A stretch of DNA of 64,000 nucleotides, from NCBI GenBank assembly GCA_013265495.1, contig MU057801.1:1605879-1669878 (forward strand). The letters are read 5' to 3'. The notes beneath the pieces are model-generated. The model searched no databases, was not told where the DNA came from, and was given only the letters and a program-made list of their open reading frames with translations. Made by a program: the position numbers and the translations under genes. This DNA comes from Vicugna vicugna. Lineage: Eukaryota. How positions within the stretch are numbered: the stretch's first letter is position 1; the number at the start of each line of letters is the position of its first letter. Below are positions 1 through 11,770 of the stretch, in pieces.

Positions 1-755
1 CGGGAAGCTGCGACTTGTGGGCTGGTTGACATGCGGTGAAACAGATTTTTCATGACTGATGGGAAGCTGCGTTTCTACGGAAGGCTCCTCGCGGCTGGTG
101 GCCGGCAGGCTTTTACTATGTTGTCTGTCTACTACTTAAAGGCTGCCAAGTTTCCCCTCTTTTGATTTACCCAAAGAAAGTGAGGACTCTAGGAGTGAAA
201 TGATTTCTTAACCAGTTTGAGTCCACTAAGGGCGCTTCCGGAGATTTTAAAGGCTCTTTTATAAAGTGCCCATTAAGGACAAGCTTATGCAAGCGAGTTG
301 AATGTGTCATAGTGTGAACAACTTCACTATGGCCACTTTCCGTTACCAAGTGTTTTGGCAAAATTGAGGTCCTCTAGCGGGGGAGCTAAGTGTGCGATCG
401 TTCCAAACTGTTCCAGCTTTGATTGGCACGGTCTGTGCCTCACATCTGAGCTTACACAATCGGATCCAGAGCTGAGAAGATGTCAAGCTAACCAAAGCAG
501 TTTGATCTCAAACCTGAATATTTTGTATGATTTATTCGTATCATTGGCATCAAATACGAGCTTGGGCCTGCAGACGCCTCCTTCCCCTCCTCCCTAACAC
601 ATCTTTAACTAACCCGGGAGGACACAGGATGTGCAGGCCTACGGGTGTGTGTGGTTCACACGTTCGTGTCTGTTTTGGGTCAAGTGGATGTATCTGCAGT
701 TGAGAATACCGGGGTGAGGTATAGAACAGCCTAGTTTCCACTTCATCAGATGAAA

Positions 756-901
756 TGTGTGTGCCTGTGTGTGTATTTATGAGTGTCTGTGTGCATATTT
801 GTGCCTGTATGTGCACTGTGTGTACGTGTATAGGTGTGTGTGGTGTGCATATGCGTGTCTGTGTCTTGTGCGTGCATGTGTGTCTATGTGTACGCACATG
901 T
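756..901. repeat. Degenerate (TG)n low-complexity tract
   Basis: Roughly 145 bp of interrupted TG/CA alternation; it explains the Val/Cys-rich and His/Thr-rich ORFs at 755..1330 and 550..939. Confidence 0.9.
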
Positions 902-1114
902 TGGGGAAGGTGGTGGGGTGAGGTGGGTCCGAATCTCATGCAGACATCTCCTAAGTCACAGTCTCCCCCCAGCTCTCACTCGTCAGCCCCTCTCCACCCA
1001 ACTTGGTTGAGAATTATTGCTAAAACGAGGCAGTTCCTCATGGGACTGTGTTATTTCTCTAAGACATATTCGCTGGGGAATAAAAAAGGTGGGGCACCAC
1101 TGCGTGCAGTCCCC

Positions 1115-1200
1115 ATGGGGAAAAGCTGGAGCCCAGAGAAGTTAAACGACTCTTCCAAAGTCACACAGCAAATCCGGGCCAAGCCTGGTTCCCTGGCTCC
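1115..1200 (-). mobile_element. MIR SINE fragment
   Basis: GCCCAGAGAAGTTAAACGACTCTTCCAAAGTCACACAGC resembles the MIR core. Confidence 0.6.
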
Positions 1201-1384
1201 CCTCCCAGACTCCTGCACACCCTGTCACAAGGCTGGGATCAGAAAACAGCAGTGTTTCCCATCTGGGTCCCGACCACCCCCCACCCCTCGCCCCGGCACG
1301 CTCGCGGTCAGATATGAGTCTTCAAGGTAAAGCACCGACTTTTATACTCCTGACTCCAAGGAGACACACATCAAAGTGAACACT

Positions 1385-1620
1385 TCTTCCGAAGTGCGTC
1401 CTGTCCCGCTGGTCGCCGTGAGCTGTGTGGGTGACAGGCTCCGAGAAAATTCCCGCCCGGCTGCTCAGTCGAGGAAGTCTGGGGACGCCGCCCCTCGGGC
1501 TGCTGGGCCAGCGCGCCGTTCATGCCGGCTCTGGCGGGCCTAGCCCGTCCGCCCCGCGGGCCTGCCGTGCTGGGGGGGCCTCGCGGGGCCGGCGGCTCAG
1601 GGCTCTGGGGGGCTCACTGG
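1385..1620. promoter_or_regulatory. Small CpG-rich patch
   Basis: High GC and dense CpG; function unknown. Confidence 0.4.
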
Positions 1621-1869
1621 GTACCACAGCTTTTCTGGGGCTAGGAAGACACTGTTAATGTTTTCCACCAAGAATAAGAAAACAGAAGCTTCCTGGGAAA
1701 TTTTAAGAGTGCAAGTTCTGTACATTTGCCCCTCGGAGAACCACGTGCCAACGTCACCCACTAGTGTCTCTTTCCTTTTCGCAATTGGAAACAAATGTGA
1801 CAATTCTTTGGTTGGACATTTGGTGACCTCTCGTAATAACGGCTTCATTTATCTATTTACTCTTTAACT

Positions 1870-2038
1870 TTTTAACCGTAAGCTTGCTCTCTGTGTCTGC
1901 GAGTCTGTTTCTGTTCTGTAAGTAAGCTCACTTGTGTCACTTTTTTAGATCCCACATGTAAGTGACACCACGTGATATTGTCTTTCTCTGTCTGACTGAC
2001 TTCACTTAGGTGACAACCTCTAGATCCAACCATGTTGT
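1870..2038 (-). mobile_element. L1 3' fragment (cetartiodactyl-type)
   Basis: GAGTCTGTTTCTGTTCTGTAAGTAAGCTCACTTGTGTCAC...GACTTCACTTAG matches the other L1 3' ends in this window. Confidence 0.85.
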
Positions 2039-2247
2039 GGTGCCACCACCCTCGGGGTCAGGGGATGATCCACGGCAAGGCCACAGATGGTCACAGGGAG
2101 GTCCTGCCACCACGGGGAGGGGCCAAGAGGTGGCAGTCGAGCTGGCACACACCTGTGCCGCAAGAATTAGAAGCAACGTGAGAAAGGCCGGGAGTCCCGG
2201 CAGCAGGGGCTGCGGGGTGGCTGCAGGGCAGCCAGCCCAAGCCTTCT

Positions 2248-2763
2248 TGTCACGGAGCCCAAGCTGGCGCTGCTTGCTGTGCGACAGGCAGGTAAGCCAA
2301 TAGACGGGGTGTTGGGGCAAAGAATAGCAGCTGTATTCAGAGAGCCAGCAGACTGATAAGGTGGTGGACTAGTGTCCCAAAGAAACGTCTTGCCAGGTTT
2401 GGATGCTGGTTTCTTTTGTAGAGCAAAGACGGGGAGGTGAGGAGGGGAAGTAACAAAGGCGACACGCTGGTGCGAATACGTCCCGCTCCGGCCAGACTCC
2501 AGAGGGGGTGTGCGAAATTCTTCGCTCCTGCAGCCGTTCACAGGGGGGCCTGGCCAGGATGTTTCCTGTGAGATAAACAAAGGTATTTTAGCTTAATGCT
2601 CAGGCCTGGGACGCAGGGCTCCCAGAGGTGGGCCATGATGTACACTTTAAGCTTATAAGCAACATCCATTTAGCGGTTAACTCGTAGCAAAAGCAGTAGA
2701 ACACAAAGGCGAGAGTGAAAGGAACAGACCCAGCACGGGGTCAGGCTTTTTCTCCCCGTTACA
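2248..2763 (-). mobile_element. ERV1-like solo LTR, 516 bp
   Basis: TGTCAC...GTTACA termini with a perfect 4-bp target-site duplication TTCT (2244-2247 and 2764-2767). Orientation inferred from degenerate TATA/polyA-like motifs on the minus strand. Confidence 0.8.
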
Positions 2764-3077
2764 TTCTGAGGTGGCCCGAGGCAGAAAGGAGAGTCAGGTT
2801 CCCGGACTGGGAAGGCCAAGGAGTTCAGTGCAAGGGGCCAGCTGGAGGTACAACGGCGCTGGGACAGTGAGCGTGGAGGTGGTGCAGACCCCTGGGCCCC
2901 TGCCCACATGGCCTCAGTGCTCCTTGCTCCCCTGTGTGTGGGATGACCTCGGCCTTGGGACTTTGTCTGGCACAGCAGCACGTGGGGCCTGTGCGTGGAG
3001 CAGACAGAAGTTCTGGGGACTTGACCACCGCAGAGAAACCCTTGGCCAATGATGGGTAGGACTTGGTGATTAAATTC

Positions 3078-3568
3078 TGTGGCAGGCAGAAGAGAGGCCC
3101 TCCAAAAATGTCCCTGTCCTGCAAGTTACATTACACGGTAAGGGACATTAAGGTCAAAGGTGGAATTAAGGTTAGCAATCAGCTGACTTTAAAATAAGGA
3201 GAATGTCCTGATTGTCCTGGCGGTCTCGGTGTGATCACCAGGGTCCTCAGTGGGAGAGGGAGGCAGAAAAATCAGTGTCCAAATAATGCAGAATGAGAGC
3301 AGTCTGACTGGCTGTTACTGGTTTTGAGGATGGAAGGGGCCCCCTGAGCCAAGGAACGCGGGCAGCCTTCGGCAGTCGGAAAAGTCAGGGAACTGGATTC
3401 TCTCCCAGGGTCCTCAGAAGGAACGCAGCCCAGCCTCCACTTCAATTTTAGCTTCGTAAGATCTATTTTGGACTTTTGACCTCCAGGACTATGAGATAAT
3501 AAGTGACTCTCGTTTTCAGGCTATGACGTCAGTGGTCACTCGTTACAGCAGCAACGGGAAACTCATAC
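3078..3568 (+). mobile_element. MaLR solo LTR (MLT1D-like)
   Basis: Starts TGTGGCAGGCAGAA; has typical MLT1 blocks GAGCCAAGGAACGCGGGCAGCC and GACCTCCAGGACTATGAGATAATAA; ends GTTACAGCAGCAACGGGAAACTCATAC. Confidence 0.85.
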
Positions 3569-3899
3569 CTACCGGCCCCGCTTCCTTGCCCCTGCGGGGC
3601 ACATCCCGGAGGCTAACTTGCAGCCCCTCTCAGAGGGTCCCCTCCCCCTGCCTTGGCTTCTTTCTTTGCTCTCTCACTGCCCCTCCCCTTCCTGGGATGA
3701 CGACATAAATCCAGACAAACGACCGGATTCACCTCCTTGCCTCAGAGTCTGCTTCCACCCGCACCCAGACTAAAGGAAGGAGCGCAGACGTAGCTCTGGG
3801 CAAAGGGCCCCTAAAGGGTGTGCGAGCCTGTGCTGCTTCCTGCAGGACTTGGACTGCCCGCCCAGTATTGTGTCCCTTTATTCTGGTGACAGCAACATC

Positions 3900-4325
3900 T
3901 CAGCCTTCCTAGGGGTGGCGTGAGCCCACGTCCTGTGGAGGGCGCGTCCCTGAGCCTGGAGCACATGCTTTCTGGGGCCTCAGTGATTGCTTCTGGGTCT
4001 GGGCAGGTGGGACAATTGCTCAAGTAACTTCTCTTTTCTCTGGGGCTGCTTGGTTGTGTGGATCTGGGCGGGAGGACTGCTGTCTCCATCTGGGCCTCCA
4101 GGGGGAGGCTGCTCGGGGAGGAAGCTGCAGGGGGATGGAGGGAGACCGGGAGCGAGACTGAGCGCGTGGGCCGCTGGCACCTCTGGGGCCTGGATTTAGC
4201 CGTGTCTGTGCAAGCTCCACCTTGAGAACTTTCGGGACTTCCTATGAGATAATCAATTCCTTTTAATTCCCACTGGAACTTGTTTGAGTTTGGTTTCTGC
4301 CCCTTGCACCGGAAAGAATATTGAG
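3900..4325 (+). mobile_element. Old MaLR LTR (MLT1K/L-like), degraded
   Basis: 3' end GTTTGAGTTTGGTTTCTGCCCCTTGCACCGGAAAGA resembles old MLT1 termini; boundaries approximate. Confidence 0.55.
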
Positions 4326-4949
4326 GCTCTGAATGCAGGTCCTCCAGAGGCCTGTGTGTATCAACCAAGTGCATTTCGGGAAGCGGATGGAGTAAGGGTT
4401 GCCCTCCTGAGCCACAGAGGAGCCCGAGGTGGGGTCAGCAGAGCAAACGATAGATGGATCCCACCTCTGGTAGCGAGAAGTGAGGGGGGATCCCTTGCTG
4501 CGTGAGGGGCACGTGGGGCTTGGTGGCCAAGGCAGGAGGGTTTAGGGTCTTAAGGCTGAGACCACGCCGCCCAGCCCCCTGTGAGGTGGCTGTCCTGACG
4601 GGGCAGGAGCAGAGGCGGAGGGAGCAGGTCTGCTTCGCTGCAGGAGACACTGAGATTGAGAGAAAGCAGCACATCCCCCACCCCGCCTGCTCCCGCGTCT
4701 GCGTCCCCGGGGTGGGGAGGGGTCCCTGGTGGGCGTGCAGGCCGCGGCTGAGGCCACACTCACTGCCTCCAGGGACGGCTTGTGTCCATTTTGGAGCGAA
4801 TCCCCGGAACTTCATCCCAATGTCACTGACCACCCTGTGCTCAGCGCCTGCTGGGCGCCGGCAGTGAGCTGTCGGAGAGCCTCTCCACTCCCCTGCCGCC
4901 TAGGATTCCCGGAATCCGGCAACAGGTGCCACTAGAAAAATGCGATATC

Positions 4950-5290
4950 AAGGACGGAACAGAGGAACACCGATTCAAATAACTGCTGACTTAACAGGAA
5001 GAACGGAGAGCGGCGGGCTGGGAAACACCTGCGAAGTGCTGAAAGGGGGCAAAACGCCATCAAAGCAGAATTTTATATCCAACGAAAACATCTTCCAAGA
5101 AAACATCTTTCAAAATATGGATGTTTTAAGAGAAAAGAATCAACCAGAACCTGTCCTAGTACAAAAGGGAGTCTTCAGCTGAAGGGGAAAATTACCAGAC
5201 AGAAGGTCACCTCTGCATGGAGGTGAGAGCGGCTCGAGAAATAAATATGCGGGTAAATAGCACAGTCTACTGTTTCTTAATTTGTTCAAA
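4950..5290 (+). mobile_element. Ancient L1 ORF1-region fragment
   Basis: Translation TPIQITADL...EVLKG...ILYP-like segment resembles the L1 ORF1p C-terminal region; degraded. Confidence 0.6.
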
Positions 5291-5311
5291 ATACAAATTA
5301 CCATCGAAAGT

Positions 5312-5402
5312 GGGGACTGGGAAAGTCCAGCGTGTGGACCAAGTTCAGCCCATTGCTGAGGTTTGTAAACAAAGTTCTATTGGAACACAGCCATGTGCAT
5401 TT
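5312..5402 (+). mobile_element. MER58-like hAT-Charlie fragment
   Basis: GTTTGTAAACAAAGTTCTATTGGAACACAGCCATG is characteristic of MER58. Confidence 0.7.
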
Positions 5403-5793
5403 CCTTCCTTAGAACACGTGCAGACGGAAGACGTACGACCACCACACGCACGGCCTGGTCGCAAAGCTCTTCCTGTCCACACCGCGCGGTACAGTGTTAA
5501 CTCCGACCGACAGCGAGGAGCCAAGGATGTGTATCTTCATCTCTAGAGCAACCGCTAAATAATAAAGCCGAGAGGAATAACGATCCAGCCAACGGGCACA
5601 GTAAAAATGGAACCCCAATATTAAAGGAAAAAACGTCAAGGGCCTTTGTGTTGGACCACCGGTCACATGTCAATCAGTGGTCCCTATTCTTAGCCAGAAT
5701 CCAGCTCTTGCCTGGACCACCTGTGCGTGCTCCCCACCCCAGCGTAACTAGACATAAAAGAAGGAGCGTGTTTGGTTATTAACACAAAATGTC

Positions 5794-5972
5794 CTAATAG
5801 AAATTCGACACATCGGGGGAACTGCTCTCTTGTTGTCCGAGACACTTTTCTTCGCCCTCCTTGACGCTTGGCAAATCTGATAAAGACATTGAAGACCTGC
5901 TGGGGTAATTTACTACCTTCATGTTTGTTTTGGGTTCAGGTTCCACATGACCCATAAAAAGTCGGGGCTCTC
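5794..5972 (-). CDS. Candidate terminal coding exon of an unidentified small protein (speculative)
   Basis: Strong acceptor CCCTTTATTATTCTGTCCTCCCAG|GA; phase 1; 58 open codons then TAG; no repeat recognised. Product not recognised. Confidence 0.25.
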
Positions 5973-7541
5973 CTGGGAGGACAGAATAATAAAGGGCAGG
6001 CTTTCCTGAAGGCTGCTTCTTATTTTTCAAACGTGCTTCAATTATTTGTTGGCACCTAAAGCCTGAAATAGCTTGTCAAAGATGTGCTCGAAGTTCTGTC
6101 AAGTCGGAGGATGTTTCTTTCTCTTTTTGTGAAAATATGCCAGGGCAAGAGCTGTTTATAATTTTAGTTTTTTAGTCAATAAATAATACTTTAAATAGCT
6201 GATAAATTCAAAAGTAAATGAAATAACCTGAGATTCCTGTTTAACAGCTTTCCTACCAGATTCCCCTAAGTCATTAGAACACACTAGGGACGCCTTTTCC
6301 ATAACAGAAAACTGTGTGATATTCTGGGGTTTCTTGTGTTGGTCTATTTCTTACCCACCCAAGGAGAATGAAAGTTTGGTGAGAGCAGGGACCGTGTCTG
6401 CCTTGTTCACTATTCTGAGAACCAGGCTTTGACAAGAAGAGCCCTCTGAGTATCTGTAACGCGTCTGTAAACCAGGACTGCCAGTGTTCCAAGGTGAGGA
6501 TTAGCTGAGATACCGTGTGTGAACAACTTGGCCTTGGGTCCGGGGCGCAGGGAGCAGGTACCAACTCCACTGGGTTAAGGCACTGAAGTTCATGCTTCGT
6601 TCTCGCCCCCAAGTGGCTCAGGGACCAGAGTGAGGGGACAGATGGCTCACAGTTCAGTACCTCAACTAGCATGTGCTCCGACGGAGACACATACCGGGCG
6701 TTCCTGGCACCCGAAGGAGAGGGCAATGAACACATCCAAGGGTGGCTGGAAGTCAAATAGAAGGGCTCCCCAGGACTCAGGACTCAGGGAGGGACGTATT
6801 TCCAGGCAGAGGGGATTCCATATACCAAGACCCCTGGGGAGGGGGACCACTTGGAGGTGCTGCAGGGAGTTCAATCCGGCCGGAACTTCCGGTGCCTCTG
6901 GGGAGGTGATCAGGGGAGGCCGGAGAGACTCAGCTCAGAGGGCTGACGGTGGTGGCTTTCTGGGCGCTTTTTCCCTCCACCCAGGGTGGGTTGGTCGCAG
7001 CAGAAGCAGAAGCAGGCAGAGGAGAAACTGCCGTGCAAGGGCCCTGGGGCTTTCCTTTGATAAACGCAGAGAAATAACTCTCATCTGCTCACAAGCTGTT
7101 AATATTTCAGCTGCAGACTGGCAGCTCAGGTGCTCCTGCGCCCATTACATGGATGAGCATGGTGAGGCTTGGCCTCCCAGCTCCACAGTGGGTGCCTTTG
7201 TCATCACATTAGTCTTCTTTGCTGGAAGGCTCTTTACACATGACGGGGGGTGCTGAAAACAAAGGCTGACAGCAGGCTTGGCCCCTGGGTGCAGACACAT
7301 ACCTCTGTCTCTCCGCATACACTTACACGTCTGTACGTGGAGACCTATATATCCATACAGGGCCATACGGCCATACATCCCTATGTATATATAATGGTTT
7401 TCCTCTGGGATCTACAAGTGTTCCTGACTGAAACACAGATGATGGGAGCCACCTCGGGGTGGAGGGGAAGTGAAGTCACTGGTGTGTCCTTGTCCCTCCT
7501 CGGCCGACCTCAACCGTACGAAGTATCACCTGGCAACTCAC

Positions 7542-7662
7542 CATGGATTATCTTCTTCAAATTTTTGGTTTGTTGGCTCATTTCACCTTTGGATAAAAGG
7601 CTCTTTTTATGATGGTAAGTAAAGCTGGAATTGCCAGAAAATGATTGGATGATTTTTCGTTG
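7542..7662 (-). CDS. Candidate internal 121-nt exon, phase-compatible with 5794-5972 (speculative)
   Basis: Acceptor TTATTTCATTTCGTATTAG| and donor ATG|GTGAGT; only one of three frames is open (QRKIIQSFSG...KKIIH+G). Confidence 0.25.
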
Positions 7663-9299
7663 CTAATACGAAATGAAATAATCTGCCCCATGGTGATCCC
7701 AGCACCACTGCTGGTCAGGACCAGGTGAGATAAGTTGGACCCAAAGCTCTTCTGCATTTTCCCTCTTGGTACAAAGAATCCTCCCAGAGTGGTCACGTGT
7801 GGGAGGCCTATTTCCTCCAGAATTAGAAAGTGCCTTCAAAGAACCCGCATGGAGATGATTTTGAGATGTGCCCTTGGTGATCTTGGACCGTCCACTTTAT
7901 GTCTATGGACCTGTTTCCTCAGCCACAAAATGATGGCATTGTATGGGACAATTTTAAAGGCTTCCTCGAATCATACAATTCTTAGCTTCAAGTCCAAGGT
8001 TGGTGTAGACTAAGCACTGTGTGGAGTGCAGTATAAGTTAATAGAATACTTCTTAGAGTAACAGGCCATAAAACCATGATTTTCCCCCCAAAACTCAAAT
8101 GACAGCTTGATTGTCACATCAGCAGAAGCATCAGTCAGCCCCGTCAGCTGTGCTCCAGCTCTCCCCCGCCCTCGGAAGCTGCACGCACCACGGCTTTCCT
8201 CGTTGTATTCCATGGCCTATACGAATGGTTGGCGCATAATACGTGCATGTTATACACTCACCAAGAGAAGCCTTGGCCTTACCTGGCACATAGTAGGTGC
8301 TTTATGAAACTTCAGCTACTCCAAATGAATTGTAATAGGTAGAAAAATGGATGGACAGCTAGAAATGACCTCCCTCCTGGGCCATGGGCTTGGGACAGAA
8401 ACAACATGCAGAGATGCTGTTTTCCCTGAGGCAGTGAACTCCTCTTCTTTGCCTCATTTGGGGTTATTTTCTTGTTGAAATTGATGTGCTCTGGTCTCTT
8501 CCAGGCTGCTCTCTGACATCAGTGCACCAGCCTCACTGCAGCTGCCCTTCCCAGTCAGGCATGGATGTGCCCTCTTTGGGAAGCTTCCCGAATCACTGTC
8601 TACCTGGGTCGGTGCATCTGTGAGCCACCCACCTGCACCTGTGAGCTCACATTGCCCTCAGACCTCATGCCAGCTTTCTTTCCAAAGCTGCAGCTGCAAC
8701 AGCATGGGTGCATGGGCACGGAAGCCCAGATGGGGTTTCTCTTCATCCCTGATGGTGTTGCTTCATCCTAGGGATGGAAAAGAGCCAGGGGGAAATGTGT
8801 CTGTTCAAGAGGGCAGTGCGATGGATGACTGCTGTGAGGCCAACCGACAGCATCTGTGGCATCCTCACCTCAGAAGAGCTTGTGAGAGGCAGCTAGAAAC
8901 ATCAGCAGGGCATTAAAAGATCAGAGGCTATGTTTTCAGCTTTCCCGGGGGCCTTCTGTGCAGGAAAAGCAAAAAGATAAATGAATAATAAATAACAAAA
9001 TAACAGGGCGGAGAAGACGACAAGGCAGCCTATGGGATCCTTCTAGCTAACTTCTGTGCTGCAAGACAAAGGGAAGAGACTTCCAATACCACAAACTGAC
9101 ATCAATTTGACAAACAAGATTACAGCTAACCCAAAGCAGCCGAGCCTTACGGCTTTCCCGGGATTAGCAGGGCTTTGGTGTTTCTGTCCTTCTTCCCAGG
9201 ATGGAACAGCACATTGTCTGCCGCCAAACCAATGCGAGGAAATTAGTCACCATGCTCTCCTGCTGTTTACCAGTGTGTCGTTTCACATTCGCCACGACT

Positions 9300-9370
9300 G
9301 AAGCAGATGTAGATGTGCGACAGAAGTCACCAGAAACTGACACATTGTAACTGACTACTTCCAAAAAAAG
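9300..9370 (+). mobile_element. Very short L1 3' tail
   Basis: CACCAGAAACTGACACATTGTAACTGACTACTTCCAAAAAAA is the reverse complement of the L1 terminus seen at 57379-57430. Confidence 0.7.
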
Positions 9371-10295
9371 AAGTTACCCTAAGAGAGAAACGCAGCTATC
9401 AAGTAAAAAGTCGCTTAGTGGGACATCGTGCCATGGTTTCAGGATAAACAAGTTTACAAGTTTATTATCTGAGGACAAAAATCCTGTCTTGTGCTTGCTG
9501 GTGTTAAGTCACAAAACCCTCTTTTTGCTTTTTCTTTAAAATATGTGTTTTGGGGGGTGGATTATTTCTTGGAAATGAAAGTAGCTTATTCACAAAAAAA
9601 GCTCCAAATATGTCAGACTATCAACATTCAAGGAATAAAACAATGTGCACCTCTCTGTAGCCAGCTATTATGGCCATCCAGGGTGATCGCCCTGAGCCGT
9701 GGGTGCCGCCACATTTTTTGGTGTGTGTGTCAGCAGAGCTACAAGGGTAAGTGGTCTCTTGGCTGAAAAATGAATGTGCTTGATTTCCAAGACATGTCCT
9801 ATTTGTAATGAATCTACATGTTTGGCTCAGATCAAGATGCTGACAGGGCAGTAATATTGTTGCATTTATGGTGGATTCAAATTTGTGAGTGATGTTTCAA
9901 AAGTACCAAAGCTCTGGCCTCCAGGCGGCTCGCGAGAGGGGCCCCGCCCTCGCCGAGGTAGCTGGCTCCCAAACGCCAGCGCGTGTCGCCGCGCCCTGCG
10001 CACTCAGGCGGGGAGGCTGCAGGGTTGGCTGGTGGGTTGGTTCCTGAATGAGATGAAGGTCCCAGGTCCCCGCCACCTTCATATCCTCATATGGTGCCCA
10101 GAGTAAAAGTCCTTGCCACCAGCAGAGCCAACATCCCTGTCGTGAGTCTCCTTGCCCAGGGCAACGGGGCAGTCTGAGTGGGCGGATCAGTGTAAACTCA
10201 GCACGCCTCCTGGAGGACCAGCGTAGCGGGCGTTTCTGCTGCTGGGGGCGGGGGTGCCAGGGCAGGCACAGGTAGCATGTGATCCCTGAGCGGAC

Positions 10296-10934
10296 TGTCC
10301 GAGGCAGTTTCTTCCTTACTCGAGGGAACAGAAAGATCAGACACGAGGCGCCTGTCACTCTGCTGGCTGCAGCCATCACTCTGCCGTGGCCACCCCTTGG
10401 GATTTCTCCACATGGCGACAACCTTCCTGTCTCTCCTGCGCCTCAGACTGAGGCGGGGAGCCCCCTAAAAAGACCAGCAGGGCCCCCAAGCTGGGCCACT
10501 ACTCTTGTGCCGGCACCATCCGGTTCTCTGGCCCAGAGGCTCTATCTCACTTTTTGCCTCTGAAAGAGCTTACTTACCCCTAAAATTCTATTGGTTCCCT
10601 GAGCTCACTTCTGATTGGTTATTTCCTTCACTCCCGATTGGCTATTTCTCTCACTCCTGGTTGGTCTATTTCTACAAAACTTGTTCCTGGTTGGTCAACT
10701 TCTGTTGTACTTCATTTGCATATGATGTTGCAAAGTGTAAAACTGGCAGCCTATAAAGGCCTGTGTAAACCTACAGACAGGGTCCGGAGCTTGGAGTGTT
10801 GACGCCTTTGTGCGCAGTGGCGTAATAAGCCTGAGTTCTCCGACCCTCTGAGTGCTGCTTGTTCTGTCCCGTGGATCCAGGTTGCTGTCACAACTGAGCT
10901 GTAACACCAAGCTGTGACACATTTTTCCACAACA
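10296..10934 (+). mobile_element. ERV1-like solo LTR with retained promoter motifs
   Basis: TG...CCACAACA termini; flanks GGAC/AGAC form an imperfect 4-bp TSD (an alternative start at 10278 is possible). Contains repeated ATTGG boxes, ATTTGCAT, TATAAA (10752) and AATAAG (10824). Confidence 0.75.
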
Positions 10935-11455
10935 AGACCCCATCCGTGTTCCCTAGAAGGTCCTGCTCTGACACTCTGCAGGCGTGAGGAGCGGGAAGTG
11001 GGGCCGGAGCTGGTAAACCATGAATAATGGAAAGGAAAACTCATTCAGTTTGTTTTCTGGCAGTGAAAGGGGTCACGTGAGAACACACTAATTGTTTGAA
11101 TCCTGGTTGGAAAATGTTAGAGGAATTCATTACTTAACTGAAAGGCAAGAGGAACTTCATTATTCTCTGGGCAAGTTCTTCCTGTGTCTTGGCAAGTGGG
11201 GCTGTGGATTTCAGGCGCACAGTGAGTGAGCAGAAGAAATGTGTCACTGTGGAGTGTTCCACCTGGAAGATTGCTTGGGATTCTAGGGGCTTAAAAAACG
11301 GAATGAAATTGTTCTCAAGGACAGTCTTTATCAAGCGTGTCATAACTGTATCAAACTGTGTCTGATGCTCTGATGACTGTTTGTGCCATGTTGTGAGCAT
11401 GCTTTGATTTAATGTTCTGTCGGTCACCACTGACCGCTGACACTTATAGCCCAGT

Positions 11456-11770
11456 GAGTGCTTCTCAAAGTGGTGAGGGACCAGCTTTTGGGAATTTCCG
11501 GTCCATCGTGTATTGCCGTGTGGTCTGACTGCACGTGCCCGGTGTCCAGCTGGCACCATATCCGTGGATGGCAGCATCCAAACCAGTCTATGCATTTCCA
11601 TGACGAGTCCACTGAGAATGTGTTTGGATGTTGCAACAATGTCAAACAAAGTGCAACAGAAATTTCTAAGTGTCTCTGACTCTCAGTTGCTTACTTTGCC
11701 ACAAACCCGTGGCAGGCAGGTAACATCCTGGCCCTGGTGGGGGTCGCAACCCACACTCTGAGTGACACTG
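11456..11770 (-). mobile_element. hAT-Charlie element (Charlie4a-like)
   Basis: Inverted-type ends AGTGCTTCTCAAAGTG...CACACTCTGAGTGACACTG; internal GACGAGTCCACTGA...GGATGTTGCAACAATGTCAAA. Confidence 0.7.

Noticed and set aside
755..1330. 191-aa ORF
   Set aside because: The N-terminal part is translation of a TG repeat and the remainder crosses a MIR; no protein-like signal.
11134..11649. 171-aa minus-strand ORF
   Set aside because: It starts inside a Charlie4a-like element, has no recognisable domain and no supporting splice structure.
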